Source: a virus
Taxonomy: Duplodnaviria; Caudoviricetes
Length of the DNA stretch: 60,036 nt
IMG/VR virus record: IMGVR_UViG_3300047545_000041
Coordinates: 1 to 60,036 of that record
Strand: one strand, 5' to 3'
Position numbers and translations under genes: made by a program. Of this stretch, positions 15,893-26,091 are shown one piece after another; positions within the stretch are counted from its first letter, which is position 1, and each line of letters begins with the position of its first letter. Under the pieces are notes generated by a model. That model was not told the origin of the DNA and ran no database searches. It saw nothing but the letters and a program-made list of their open reading frames with translations.

Positions 15893-17897
15893 CGAGTCAC
15901 ATGCTGTAGCGTTTGAATGTTCACAACGAAAGAACGAAGCTGACAAGCTGTTCAGGTTCATTGACCGCCTCAAGCGCAAGAAGTACAGGATGGTGGGGTA
16001 CAACAGCATAGGCTTTGACTATCCTGTGTTGCATGACCTGTTGTCGGTGCGTGACAAAGCCCTTACTGTATCTGGTAAGGCTGTGGCTACACGAGCATAC
16101 AAGAAGGCACAGTCCATCATTGCATCTGACGACAGGTTCGGTCACCTCATCCGTGACAACCAGCATTATGTGCAGCAAGTTGACCTGTTCAAAATCATGC
16201 ACTTCGACAACCCTGCAAGGGCTACATCGTTGAAGGCGCTTGAGTTCAATATGAAAGCTGATAGTATTGTTGACCTGCCATATGACCCGCACAGTGACTT
16301 GACGGATGATGAAGTTGAAGTGTTGCTTGCATACAACATGCACGATGTGAAGATGACGTTGCAGTTCTACAAAGAATGCTTGTCACAGATCACCTTCCGT
16401 GAAGAGTTGTCTGTGAAATACAACCGCAACTTCCTCAACCACAACGACACCAAGATTGGTAAAGACTACTTCATCATGCGCCTTGAAGAGGACATGCCGG
16501 GTAGTTGCTATCGCATTGGTAAGAAGGGTGAGCGTCACTTGAATCAGACTAAGCGTGATGTCATCCACATCAAAGATTGCCTGTTCAACTACTACGACTT
16601 CAAGCGTCCTGAGTTTGAGCTTGTGTTGCAATGGTTTGCTGCACAGTCTTTGACAGAAACCAAAGGTGCTTTGTCGGACATTGAAGAGAGCGACCTCGGT
16701 GACTTAGCGGCCTATGCTGAGATGGTGACGAAGCGTCAGAAGTGGTTTAACAAACCAAGCGATGATGTTGTTGCTGGCTTCAAAGCTTTGCATCCAATGG
16801 GTTGGGTGTCAGAGGAAGAGCTGAAGGCTAAGAAGAAGGGTGAGAAACAATACAGCTATTGGAAGAACTGGAAAGTTGCTACCAACTTGAACGTTGTTAT
16901 CGGTGGCTTTCGTTTCGACTTCGGCACTGGCGGTATTCACGGGTCTATTGAGAGCACCATCGTTAGTGACAGTGACACTCACATGATTGTTGATGCTGAC
17001 GTTGCATCCATGTATCCCAACATTGCCATTGCCAATCGTGTCTACCCTGAGCACTTGTCTGAGAAGTTCTGTGACATCTATCAAGACGTGTACAACCAGC
17101 GTAAGAGCTACCCCAAAGGTAGCGCTGAGAACGCCATGCTGAAGCTGGCATTGAACGGTGTGTACGGTGATAGCAACAACAAGTACAGCCCCTTCTATGA
17201 CCCTCAGTACACGATGTCAATCACCATCAACGGTCAGCTTAGTCTGTGCCTGTTGGCTGACAAGCTGATGGACATTGAAGGCTTGTCCATTGTGCAGGTC
17301 AACACTGACGGCATCACTGTGAAGCTACCCCGTAGCAAGCGTGACCAATACGACAGAGTCTGTGATGCATGGCAGAAGCAAGTTGGTTTGCAGCTTGAGT
17401 ATGCTGAGTATTCAAAGATGATTATCCGTGACGTGAACAACTACATTGCTGTGTACACAAACGGTAAGGTGAAGCGTAAGGGTGCGTATCAGTACGAAGA
17501 CTTAGGCTGGCATCAAGATCAGGGTGGACTTGTGATACCGAAAGCTGCTGAAGCTGCGATGCTTCAAGGTATTCCACTTGACGTATATATCAAGGGCCAC
17601 AAGAACAAGTATGACTTCATGCTTAGGGTGAAGGTGCCACGTAGCAGCAAGCTTGTGATGGTGATGGATGATGGCACTGAGGTGGTTCAACAGAACATGT
17701 GCAGGTTCTATGCATGCAATGCTGGTGGTAGCCTTGTCAAAGTAATGCCGCCTCTGAAGGAAGAAGCTGAGCCGCGCCGTATAGGTATTGGTGAAGGCTA
17801 CGGAATGTGGACATGCAACGACATCAACGACTTCACATGGAAAGACCTTGACTATCAATATTACATTGACGCTGCTGAAAAGCTGGTGATACAATGA
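15828..17897 (+). CDS. Family B-type DNA polymerase with 3'-5' exonuclease
   Basis: Exo DIET, YNSIGFD, YN..D; pol DVASMYPN, KLALNGVYG, NTDG. Confidence 0.9.
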   Translation: MDYIWDIETYKTAFTFSAISADESHAVAFECSQRKNEADKLFRFIDRLKRKKYRMVGYNSIGFDYPVLHDLLSVRDKALTVSGKAVATRAYKKAQSIIASDDRFGHLIRDNQHYVQQVDLFKIMHFDNPARATSLKALEFNMKADSIVDLPYDPHSDLTDDEVEVLLAYNMHDVKMTLQFYKECLSQITFREELSVKYNRNFLNHNDTKIGKDYFIMRLEEDMPGSCYRIGKKGERHLNQTKRDVIHIKDCLFNYYDFKRPEFELVLQWFAAQSLTETKGALSDIEESDLGDLAAYAEMVTKRQKWFNKPSDDVVAGFKALHPMGWVSEEELKAKKKGEKQYSYWKNWKVATNLNVVIGGFRFDFGTGGIHGSIESTIVSDSDTHMIVDADVASMYPNIAIANRVYPEHLSEKFCDIYQDVYNQRKSYPKGSAENAMLKLALNGVYGDSNNKYSPFYDPQYTMSITINGQLSLCLLADKLMDIEGLSIVQVNTDGITVKLPRSKRDQYDRVCDAWQKQVGLQLEYAEYSKMIIRDVNNYIAVYTNGKVKRKGAYQYEDLGWHQDQGGLVIPKAAEAAMLQGIPLDVYIKGHKNKYDFMLRVKVPRSSKLVMVMDDGTEVVQQNMCRFYACNAGGSLVKVMPPLKEEAEPRRIGIGEGYGMWTCNDINDFTWKDLDYQYYIDAAEKLVIQ

Positions 17898-17956
17898 CAA
17901 GATGCAGGAAGCTGACCCCTGTTAAATTGGTCAGCAACAAACCAAAGGAAACTCAA

Positions 17957-18364
17957 ATGAGTGATAAATTGAAACTGAAGTGCGACATCTATTGGGCACA
18001 ACTTACTCGTAAGAACGAAATGTCTGATGCATATCAGGTAAATCTGTGCAATCTTTCTGACAAAGCTGTCGCTGCGTTGGAGGACATGGGTATCTCTGTG
18101 TTGTCTAACGAGAACAAACCAGAGCAGGGCAAGTACATCAGTTGCAAGAGTCAGCGGCCTATCAAGGCTTTCGATTCTGACGGTGTTGAAATCATCGAGG
18201 ACATTGGCAACGGTAGTAAAGCCATCTGTTTGATCAGCGCTTACAACTGGTCCTACAAAAACAAAAAAGGGGTCAGCCCTTCATTGGTTAAGCTGGTTGT
18301 CACCGACTTGGTTGAATATGCAAGTGGTGGTAACGTATCCGCTGACGATGAGGATGTACTGTAA
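17957..18364 (+). CDS. Single-stranded DNA-binding protein (phage OB-fold, acidic tail)
   Basis: IGNGS motif, DDEDVL acidic C-terminus, position after the polymerase. Confidence 0.7.
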   Translation: MSDKLKLKCDIYWAQLTRKNEMSDAYQVNLCNLSDKAVAALEDMGISVLSNENKPEQGKYISCKSQRPIKAFDSDGVEIIEDIGNGSKAICLISAYNWSYKNKKGVSPSLVKLVVTDLVEYASGGNVSADDEDVL

Positions 18365-18549
18365 TGCAAATCAAACTAGACCTCCACCTCGAAACTGTCA
18401 ATGCTTGCCTCACGGCATTGGGTAAACTGCCTTACGAGTTTGCTGCACAGCACATCAATGTCATTCAGCAACAAGCTGGTCCTCAGTTTGAAGCAGCACA
18501 GGCTGCTGCCAACACTGAAGCACAAGAACCTGCTGGTCTGAGTGACTGA
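18364..18549 (+). CDS. Small hypothetical protein
   Basis: L.ALGKLPY motif; coupled start/stop. Confidence 0.6.
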   Translation: MQIKLDLHLETVNACLTALGKLPYEFAAQHINVIQQQAGPQFEAAQAAANTEAQEPAGLSD

Positions 18550-19247
18550 TGAAGGCATTGCTCGATAGCGATATATTCGCTTACAGGGCATCAGCAGCAT
18601 GTGAGGATGAAGATGTTGAACAAGCTTGTCGATCCGTTGACAGCCTCATCATCACCACCCTCATGTGCGGTGTAGACAAATGTGGTTATGTAGATCGGTG
18701 GCAACTCTACCTCACAGGTAAGAACAACTTCAGATACAACATAGCCGTGACAGCGCCTTACAAAGGCAACAGAGTGGACAAGGTTAAGCCTAAGCATTTA
18801 GCAGCGGTGAGACAACACTTGGTTGACCATTGGGGCGCTGTTGTCTATGATGGTATTGAAGCAGACGATGCCATTGCTACAGATGCAACAACCCTTGGTG
18901 ACGAGGGTGTCATTGTTTCCTTGGACAAAGACTTAGATCAGGTGGCGGGATGGCATTACAACTTCATCAAGAAGATTGCCTACTACATCACACCTGAAGA
19001 AGCTGTACACAAACTGTACATGCAAATCTTGACAGGGGATAATGCAGACAACATCATTGGCTTGACAGGTATTGGACCAGTGAAAGCTGAGAAGATATTG
19101 GAAGGTGCTGTTGATGAATGTGAAATGTATCAACGATGTGTTGAAGCCTATGACGGTGTTGAAGAACGTGTCATAGAGAATGCACATCTTCTTTTTCTAC
19201 GTAGACATGAAGGTCAAATATGGAAGCCACCAACGCAAACAAATTGA
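18549..19247 (+). CDS. 5'-3' exonuclease/RNase H (T7 gp6-like)
   Basis: YKGNR, EADD, DKDLDQ, GDNADNIIG..GIGPVKA. Confidence 0.92.
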   Translation: MKALLDSDIFAYRASAACEDEDVEQACRSVDSLIITTLMCGVDKCGYVDRWQLYLTGKNNFRYNIAVTAPYKGNRVDKVKPKHLAAVRQHLVDHWGAVVYDGIEADDAIATDATTLGDEGVIVSLDKDLDQVAGWHYNFIKKIAYYITPEEAVHKLYMQILTGDNADNIIGLTGIGPVKAEKILEGAVDECEMYQRCVEAYDGVEERVIENAHLLFLRRHEGQIWKPPTQTN

Positions 19248-19561
19248 AACCGAATGATGTAGCTGTCGTGCTGCGTCCTCACTACAAAGCAGGTGAGAAG
19301 TGGGAAGGTAATTTCCAAGTGATGATTAGTGGTGTTGGTCCTGTCACTATGGACGAAGAAGACTTCGCTAGTCTTGTTCATATCGGTATGATCATTGCCA
19401 CCACTGTTCAACTCATTGATGAAGACCCTGTATTGGCTGATCGCTTTCTTGAGAAGGTGAAGGCCAACTACAACCAGTCTGCACTTGATGAACTTGATGA
19501 TGTTAAAGATGCAGAGTTTGTGTTGTCTAAGTATACGAAGACGATTGGGGGTGTGCAGTGA
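19220..19561 (+). CDS. Hypothetical protein
   Basis: 113-aa ORF in operon. Confidence 0.6.
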   Translation: MEATNANKLKPNDVAVVLRPHYKAGEKWEGNFQVMISGVGPVTMDEEDFASLVHIGMIIATTVQLIDEDPVLADRFLEKVKANYNQSALDELDDVKDAEFVLSKYTKTIGGVQ

Positions 19562-20031
19562 TTGATAAGAACTGTGAGAATTGTTTTTATGGAGACTACC
19601 CTATTGATGCTGAGCCTTGTGGTGATTGTACTGCAAACTCAATGAATGGTAAAGACATGTACTCCAAGTGGGTAGCTGTTAACGTGTTCAAGAACATTGA
19701 CAACCACGGTGAAGCTATGGCTGAGCGTGTCATCCCTCCTACCACAGGCATCAAATACGACAACGACAAACCCCAATGGTCTTTGTTGCCCTTCAAAGCT
19801 TTGAAAGAAGTTGTTGATGTGTTGACCTATGGCGCGAAGAAGTATGCACCAGACAACTGGAAGAAGGTGCCAAATGCTAAACAGCGTTACATCGATGCAG
19901 GCTTTCGTCACTTCACTGCCTATGCCTCTGGTGAAAAGCTAGACCCTGAAACAGGTAAGAGCCATCTTGCTCACGCTATCTGTTGCCTGCTATACTTGCT
20001 GGCCTTTGAAATAGGAGAAGATCGTGGCTAA
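19558..20031 (+). CDS. DUF5664-type dATP/dGTP diphosphohydrolase domain with N-terminal Cys cluster
   Basis: KYDNDKP.WSLLP, GAKKY..DNW, RH, DPETGKSHLAHA; CENC..CGDC. Confidence 0.8.
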   Translation: MIDKNCENCFYGDYPIDAEPCGDCTANSMNGKDMYSKWVAVNVFKNIDNHGEAMAERVIPPTTGIKYDNDKPQWSLLPFKALKEVVDVLTYGAKKYAPDNWKKVPNAKQRYIDAGFRHFTAYASGEKLDPETGKSHLAHAICCLLYLLAFEIGEDRG

Positions 20032-20377
20032 GATTACACTCACCTTTGTTGCCGAGGTAGACAACTCAGAACTTGACAGCATCTACACACATGAAGACTT
20101 GCTTGTTGAAGACTTGAAAGAACATGTGGTGTATGCATTGTCTCGACTGAACATCGAAGACGTTTGTTTCAGGAACGTAGACGTAGAAGGACTGACATGA
20201 AGCTAACAATTACACCAGCAGAGAACGGGTTTGTTGTTGACGTTGAAGAACACGAAGACAGTCATTACTACTTCGTTGCTCTTGACGTTGCTGATGTATG
20301 TGGCATCATCGAGAACATCTTGGTTGACACCAATGACCAACTCGACATGACCAACATAGCGTTTGAGGCAGTACCTA

Positions 20378-20761
20378 GTGACCGTTAAAGAACGCAATGG
20401 TGGTGAGTGGACAGAGGCACGATTCAGAAGCTTCGTGACCTCTGCCTTACGTGCTGCGTCAAGGCGTTGGCCTCCTAAGTACAAGGCTTTGAAGGAAGCT
20501 TTTGCGGGTAGGAAGGTGAATGCTAAGACGGGTAAGCTGGCAATGCATTACAAGTGCGCTGAATGCTCTGAACATTTCGTAGCCACAGACGTTCAAGTTG
20601 ATCACATCCATCCTGTTGTAGACCCTAAGAAGGGTTTCACTACATGGGACAACTTCATTGAGCGTATGTTCTGTGAGATAAAGAATCTTCAGGTGCTATG
20701 TAAGCCTTGCCATAAAATCAAAACTGATCAAGAGAAACTTGAAAGGAAAAAGAAAGTATGA
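20378..20761 (+). CDS. HNH endonuclease
   Basis: CAEC...QVDHIHP...NLQVLCKPCH..KT. Confidence 0.85.
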   Translation: MTVKERNGGEWTEARFRSFVTSALRAASRRWPPKYKALKEAFAGRKVNAKTGKLAMHYKCAECSEHFVATDVQVDHIHPVVDPKKGFTTWDNFIERMFCEIKNLQVLCKPCHKIKTDQEKLERKKKV

Positions 20762-21663
20762 GCTTCCTAAAATATCAACACCTTGAACGCTACGGTAACA
20801 CCGAAGTGGAAGGCATTGAAGTAGGTACATGCTATGTGTTCCCTAAACTGGACGGTACTAACGGTAGTGTCTGGTTTGATGGATCAAAACCTATGGGTGA
20901 GAAGTTTTGTTGTGGTAGTCGCAACCGTGAACTGTCACCTGACAACGACAACGCTGGTTTCATGAAGGCTATGATGGACGACAGTGCTGTTGTGCCTTAC
21001 ATCTATGATAATCCTGATCATATACTGTACGGTGAATGGCTTGTGCCGCATACACTGAAGACCTACAACGACGATGCATGGCGCAAGTTCTATGTGTTCG
21101 ATGTGTTTGATCGCAAGAAAGAACGACTGCTTAGTTATGACGAATACTCTGAGGGCTTGGTTGCTGCTGGTATCAACGTTATTGCCCCTATTGCCATCAT
21201 CAAGAACGGCAGCATCGACCACTTCACTGAGTGTCTTAGCAAGGCACATTACTTGGTGAAGGATGGTGAAGGCAGTGGTGAAGGAATCGTGGTGAAAAAC
21301 TACGACTATCGCAATAAATATGGCAGACAAACTTGGGCCAAACTCGTGACTAATGAGTTCAAGGCTAAGCACCATCTTGAAATGGGTGCTCCCACTGTTG
21401 GTTGTGAAGTGGTTGAAGAGAAAGCAGTGTCAAAGTTCGTAACAAAAGCACTAGTCGATAAGGTCGTTGCTAAGATCACAAACGATATGGATGGCTGGTC
21501 GTCAAAGTATATTGCTAGACTACTACACACGGTCTACTACGACTTAGTTACTGAAGAGATGTGGCAGATAGTAAAAGACTTCAAGAATCCGAAGATTGAC
21601 TTCAAAAGTTTGTCTCATTACACAACCGCTAAGGTCAAAGAGTTGCGTCCTGATTTGTTTTGA
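20758..21663 (+). CDS. ATP-dependent RNA ligase (Rnl2-like)
   Basis: KLDGTN, SRNR, YGEW, FYVFD, EGIVVK, WAK. Confidence 0.8.
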   Translation: MSFLKYQHLERYGNTEVEGIEVGTCYVFPKLDGTNGSVWFDGSKPMGEKFCCGSRNRELSPDNDNAGFMKAMMDDSAVVPYIYDNPDHILYGEWLVPHTLKTYNDDAWRKFYVFDVFDRKKERLLSYDEYSEGLVAAGINVIAPIAIIKNGSIDHFTECLSKAHYLVKDGEGSGEGIVVKNYDYRNKYGRQTWAKLVTNEFKAKHHLEMGAPTVGCEVVEEKAVSKFVTKALVDKVVAKITNDMDGWSSKYIARLLHTVYYDLVTEEMWQIVKDFKNPKIDFKSLSHYTTAKVKELRPDLF

Positions 21664-21671
21664 TATATAAC

Positions 21672-21799
21672 TACAGACATACCGTTGTTGCTAGACCCTT
21701 CTAACGGTATGCAGTGAAGCCTGAAGAGGCTACCAATGTACAGTGATGTGCAACGACATACGGTCTAGGTGTGTTGGGTAGTCTCCTCAGGCTTTTTTG
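21672..21799 (+). ncRNA. Putative kissing-loop structured RNA upstream of an HNH gene
   Basis: Two long stems with complementary loops CTAGACC/GGTCTAG; upstream TTGCGT-17-TATAAC; ends in a T run. Confidence 0.5.
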
Positions 21800-21814
21800 T
21801 TTACCGGAAAATAT

Positions 21815-22420
21815 ATGTTGACAAAGGTATGTACGAAGTGTGATGTTGAGAAAACTATTGATTGTTTCAGTAAAGCTAAGTTTGGTAAGAATGGTACATC
21901 GGCAACATGTAAAGCATGCTACGCGACATATCGTTCAGTAAATAAACAAAACATTGCTGAAAAGAAAAAGATTTATTACTTAAACAACAAAGAGTCATTG
22001 TCTTCTCAGAAGAAAATTGTGTATGTATTGAACAAGGAAAAAATAACAAGTCGTAACAAAAAGTGGAGAGACAATAACAAAGAAGCTATCTCAGCATACA
22101 ATCAATTACACAAACAAGAATTGGCGAGGAAAAGAAAAGAATACAAAAAAAATAACAAAGCAAAATATTTCGCACATGAAGCTCGAAGAAGGGCTGGTAC
22201 AGCTAACGCCACGCCTTCTTGGGTTGATAAAGATGCTATTGTTGGCATGTATCAACTTGCTTCCGCATTTAACCGCACGGGCATTAACTTACACGTAGAC
22301 CATATTGTTCCTTTGAATAGCGACAAAGTCTGTGGTCTACATTGCGAAGCCAATCTTCAGTTGTTGCCAGCAAGCGACAACATCTCCAAAGGCAACCGCT
22401 GGTGGCCTGACATGTGGTAA
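21815..22420 (+). CDS. Zn-finger plus HNH homing endonuclease
   Basis: CTKC..CKAC; basic repeats; HVDHIVPL...GLH..NLQ...N..K.N. Confidence 0.88.
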   Translation: MLTKVCTKCDVEKTIDCFSKAKFGKNGTSATCKACYATYRSVNKQNIAEKKKIYYLNNKESLSSQKKIVYVLNKEKITSRNKKWRDNNKEAISAYNQLHKQELARKRKEYKKNNKAKYFAHEARRRAGTANATPSWVDKDAIVGMYQLASAFNRTGINLHVDHIVPLNSDKVCGLHCEANLQLLPASDNISKGNRWWPDMW

Positions 22421-22617
22421 ACTTAATTTCCCTTAACCTAACCGAAGGAATTGTTCTAATGAGCTTCTTAAGTGTCTTAACTCTCATCTTCATTGTGTTG
22501 AAGCTGACGGAATTCATCGACTGGTCTTGGTGGTTTGTACTGGCACCAACGCTGGTTCAGGCTGTTGCAATGATCAGCACAATCATTGGTCTTGTTGTTT
22601 TTGCAGCGAGGAAGAAA

Positions 22618-22796
22618 TGAAAATTGAACTTGAAAACTACAGAGAAAACGAAGACGGTTCTGCCGACTTCAATGTCAGCATGGACGAAGCAGCTAAAGAG
22701 TTTCTGCTACGCTATGCTCTTATCGCTTGCATCACCGATGCTATCGAAGCTGGTAAAGCAGCTACACCAACAACAGAGGAAACAAAATGTACGTAA
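22618..22796 (+). CDS. Small hypothetical protein (ENEDGSA)
   Basis: GAGG RBS; motif. Confidence 0.55.
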
Positions 22797-23110
22797 TAGA
22801 TGTAAATACCTATCAAGAATTGGCAATGGAGTTTCGACTGCCTACAGCAGACCGTGAATACGCCCTACTCAACCTAGCTGCTGAAGCTGGTGAGGTGGCG
22901 GGTAAGGCTGCAAAGCACCGCCGAGATGGGGGCGATGTTGAAGAATACAACACGCACATCAAGAAAGAACTTGGTGATGTGATGTGGCAGGTTGCTGCTG
23001 TTGCCAAAGATCACGGTTTGACATTGTCCGAAGTTTGTCAACACAATCTGGAGAAGCTGTCATCTCGTCGAAGCCGTGATGCTATTCAAGGCAGCGGCGA
23101 CCTTCGTTGA
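22787..23110 (+). CDS. mazG: MazG-like nucleoside triphosphate pyrophosphohydrolase
   Basis: EAGEV...KELGDVMW...NLEKL..R..GSGD.R. Confidence 0.9.
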   Translation: MYVIDVNTYQELAMEFRLPTADREYALLNLAAEAGEVAGKAAKHRRDGGDVEEYNTHIKKELGDVMWQVAAVAKDHGLTLSEVCQHNLEKLSSRRSRDAIQGSGDLR

Positions 23111-23186
23111 GTGATATAACTCCACCCCCACCCACACCCAAGGAGCTTCGGCTCCTTTCTTTTCCACTAAACCAAGGCAATATAGA

Positions 23187-24962
23187 ATGAAATATAAAGT
23201 TGACATCGACCTATCACGAGACAATCTTTTCGATGAACTAGGTAAGCAACGACTCAAAGAAAGCTACATGAAAGATGACGAAGTATCTCCGCAAGAAAGA
23301 TTCGCATTCGTATCAGCATCGTTTGCAAGCAACCAAGAACATGCTCAGCGACTATATGAATACTCTAGTAAGCACTGGCTCAGCTATTCTACTCCTGTCC
23401 TATCTTTTGGTCGTTCTAAGCGCGGGTTGCCTATTAGCTGTTTTCTTAACTATATGGATGATAGTGCAGAAGGCTTGGTCGATAATCTTTCAGAGACTAA
23501 CTGGCTCTCGATGATGGGTGGTGGTGTCGGTGTTCACGTTGGTATTCGTAACAGCGATGACAAGTCCACTGGTGTTATGCCTCACTTGAAAATCTATGAC
23601 GCTAGTTCATTGGCCTACCGTCAGGGACGTACACGCCGTGGTAGCTATGCTGCCTATCTCGACATTCACCATCCCGACATCATCCAGTTCTTGGAGATGC
23701 GTAAGCCCACTGGTGATCAGAACGTGCGTACACTGAACCTGCACCACGGCATCAACATCACTGACGAGTTCATGAACATCATTGAACGATGCATGAAGGA
23801 TGACAATGCTGACGACAGCTTCAACCTGATCAACCCTTCCAATGGTAGTGTTGTTGAGACAGTGTCGGCTAAGTATTTGTGGCAGAAAATACTGGACCTG
23901 CGTATGCAGACTGGTGAACCCTACCTCATCTACATCGACACAGCTAACAAGGCTTTACCATCTTGGTTGAAAGACAAAGACCTGAAGATTAACGGTAGCA
24001 ATCTCTGCACTGAAATCTTCTTGCCAACAAACGAGAACCGTACAGCAGTGTGCTGCTTGTCTTCACTGAACTTGGAATACTATGACGAATGGAAAAGCAA
24101 CAAGCAGTTTATCCTTGATGTTATGGAGATGTTGGATAACGTGTTGCAATACTTTATCGACAACGCTCCAGACTCTATTGCCCGTGCTCGTGCTAGTGCC
24201 ATGATGGAAAGAAGCATTGGTATTGGTACACTAGGCTTCCATGCTTTCCTGCAAAAGAAAGGTGTTGCCATTGATGGTGTGATGGCTAAGAGTTACAACA
24301 ATGAAATCTTCAAACACATTTATAACCAGTGCGTTATTGGCGATGCAATCTTGGTTACGTCACGAGGTGAATGCCCTGACGCGCATCTCAGTGGTGTTCG
24401 TCGTCGCTTCAGCCATTGGACTGCTATTGCACCTAACGCCAGCAGCAGCTTGATTATGGGCAACACCAGCCCCTCTGTTGAGCCATACCGTGCTAACGTA
24501 TTCCGTCAAGACACATTGTCTGGTGCGTTCGTGTACAAGAATCGTTTCCTCAAAGCTGAGCTTGAGAAGCTTGGTATGGACGATGACGACACATGGGCAT
24601 CCATCATTGCCAACGATGGGTCGGTGCAGCACTTGGACATCCCTGAACAACTCAAGGAAGTGTACAAGACAGCGATGGAGATTGATCAGCGATGGTTGAT
24701 TGAGCTTGCAGCAGATCGTCAGAAGTACATTGATCAGGGACAATCGATCAACCTGTTCTTCCCTGCTAACGTGTCTGTGAAGTATCTGCATAGCGTTCAC
24801 TTTTTAGCATGGCGTAGTGGACTCAAGAGTCTGTACTATCTGCGTAGTGAGAAGGTGCGTAAGGCTGACAAGGTTGGTGCTCAGATTAAGCGTCAACGCA
24901 TTGAAGATGAAATTGATTTGAAACAAATTGCAGATGGTGACACCTGCTTAGCTTGCGAATAA
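23187..24962 (+). CDS. nrdA: Ribonucleotide reductase class I alpha subunit
   Basis: PISCF, SNLCTEI, IAPNASSS, LKSLYY, C-terminal CLAC. Confidence 0.95.
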   Translation: MKYKVDIDLSRDNLFDELGKQRLKESYMKDDEVSPQERFAFVSASFASNQEHAQRLYEYSSKHWLSYSTPVLSFGRSKRGLPISCFLNYMDDSAEGLVDNLSETNWLSMMGGGVGVHVGIRNSDDKSTGVMPHLKIYDASSLAYRQGRTRRGSYAAYLDIHHPDIIQFLEMRKPTGDQNVRTLNLHHGINITDEFMNIIERCMKDDNADDSFNLINPSNGSVVETVSAKYLWQKILDLRMQTGEPYLIYIDTANKALPSWLKDKDLKINGSNLCTEIFLPTNENRTAVCCLSSLNLEYYDEWKSNKQFILDVMEMLDNVLQYFIDNAPDSIARARASAMMERSIGIGTLGFHAFLQKKGVAIDGVMAKSYNNEIFKHIYNQCVIGDAILVTSRGECPDAHLSGVRRRFSHWTAIAPNASSSLIMGNTSPSVEPYRANVFRQDTLSGAFVYKNRFLKAELEKLGMDDDDTWASIIANDGSVQHLDIPEQLKEVYKTAMEIDQRWLIELAADRQKYIDQGQSINLFFPANVSVKYLHSVHFLAWRSGLKSLYYLRSEKVRKADKVGAQIKRQRIEDEIDLKQIADGDTCLACE

Positions 24963-24971
24963 GGAACAACA

Positions 24972-25928
24972 ATGACACGACAATACAAAATGAATACGGA
25001 AACTACAGCGTTCCGTCCCTTTACCTACCCTTGGGCTTATGACGCTTGGTTGCAGCATGAGCAGAGTCATTGGTTGCACAGCGAAGTGCCAATGTCTGAG
25101 GACGTTAAAGACTACAAGAAGCTGAACAAAGATGAGCAGGAGTTTCTGACGAAGATTCTTCGCTTCTTTGTGCAAGGTGACTTAGACATTGGTAGCGGCT
25201 ATCACGACCATTACATCCCTGCGTTTCGTAACCACGAAATCAAAATGATGTTGAGTGGTTTCGCTGCCCGTGAAGCGTTGCACGTTGCAGCCTATGCTCA
25301 TTTGATTGAAACACTTGGATTGCCTGAGTCAACCTACAACGAGTTCTTGCAGTACAAAGAGATGCTGGATAAGCATGAATATGTGCAGCGCATTGAAGGT
25401 GCTCCAATGGCTGAGAAGATTGCCACCATCTCTGCATTCGGTGAAGGTATGCAATTGTTCTCTAGCTTTGTTATGTTGCTCAACTTCGCACGTAACGGCA
25501 AGCTGAAGGGTTTGGGTCAGATCATTAGCTGGTCCATCACCGATGAAACTATGCATGCCGAAGGAATGATTAAGGTATACAGAGAATATGTTAAACATCA
25601 CCAAGACGAAACGACACCTGAACAGATTAAGAAGATTGCTCAAGAGATGGTGGATATTGAAGACAAGTTCATTGATCTTGCTTTCGGTATGTTGGAAGTT
25701 GAGAAGCTCACGAAAGAAGAAGTGAAGCAATACATTCGCTACATTGCTGATCGTCGCCTCATCTCTATGGGCATGAAAGGAATCTACAAGATTAAGAAGA
25801 ATCCTTTGCCTTGGGTTGATGGTATGCTCGGTACATCACATACCAACTTCTTTGAACAGAAGGTGACAGACTACAGCAAAGGTGCTCAGACTGGTACATG
25901 GGATGATGTGTGGGGTAAGGCAGCATGA
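24972..25928 (+). CDS. nrdB: Ribonucleotide reductase class I beta subunit
   Basis: EALH..AY, EG..FSSF, DETMH, NFFE..VTDY. Confidence 0.95.
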   Translation: MTRQYKMNTETTAFRPFTYPWAYDAWLQHEQSHWLHSEVPMSEDVKDYKKLNKDEQEFLTKILRFFVQGDLDIGSGYHDHYIPAFRNHEIKMMLSGFAAREALHVAAYAHLIETLGLPESTYNEFLQYKEMLDKHEYVQRIEGAPMAEKIATISAFGEGMQLFSSFVMLLNFARNGKLKGLGQIISWSITDETMHAEGMIKVYREYVKHHQDETTPEQIKKIAQEMVDIEDKFIDLAFGMLEVEKLTKEEVKQYIRYIADRRLISMGMKGIYKIKKNPLPWVDGMLGTSHTNFFEQKVTDYSKGAQTGTWDDVWGKAA

Positions 25929-26091
25929 CTTGGATTTTGACAATCTGCACAGCAGGGTGGGTATTGTGCGGTTCTCTTAAAGAGATTGAATACCCCACAG
26001 ACGCGCATTGTTACAAAGCTATGGATACATTGTATGCAAAGCAAGGTAAAGCGGCTTTCAACTATGTAACTTGCTCACCAAAGAAGGCACC

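Noticed and set aside
19558-20031. 2-aminoadenine (Z) or 7-deazaguanine genome modification pathway
   Set aside because: No purZ, queC/D/E, folE or dpdA-like genes recognised
23187-25928. Introns or inteins in nrdAB, polymerase or terminase
   Set aside because: The ORFs are continuous and of ordinary length, with no intein terminal motifs seen
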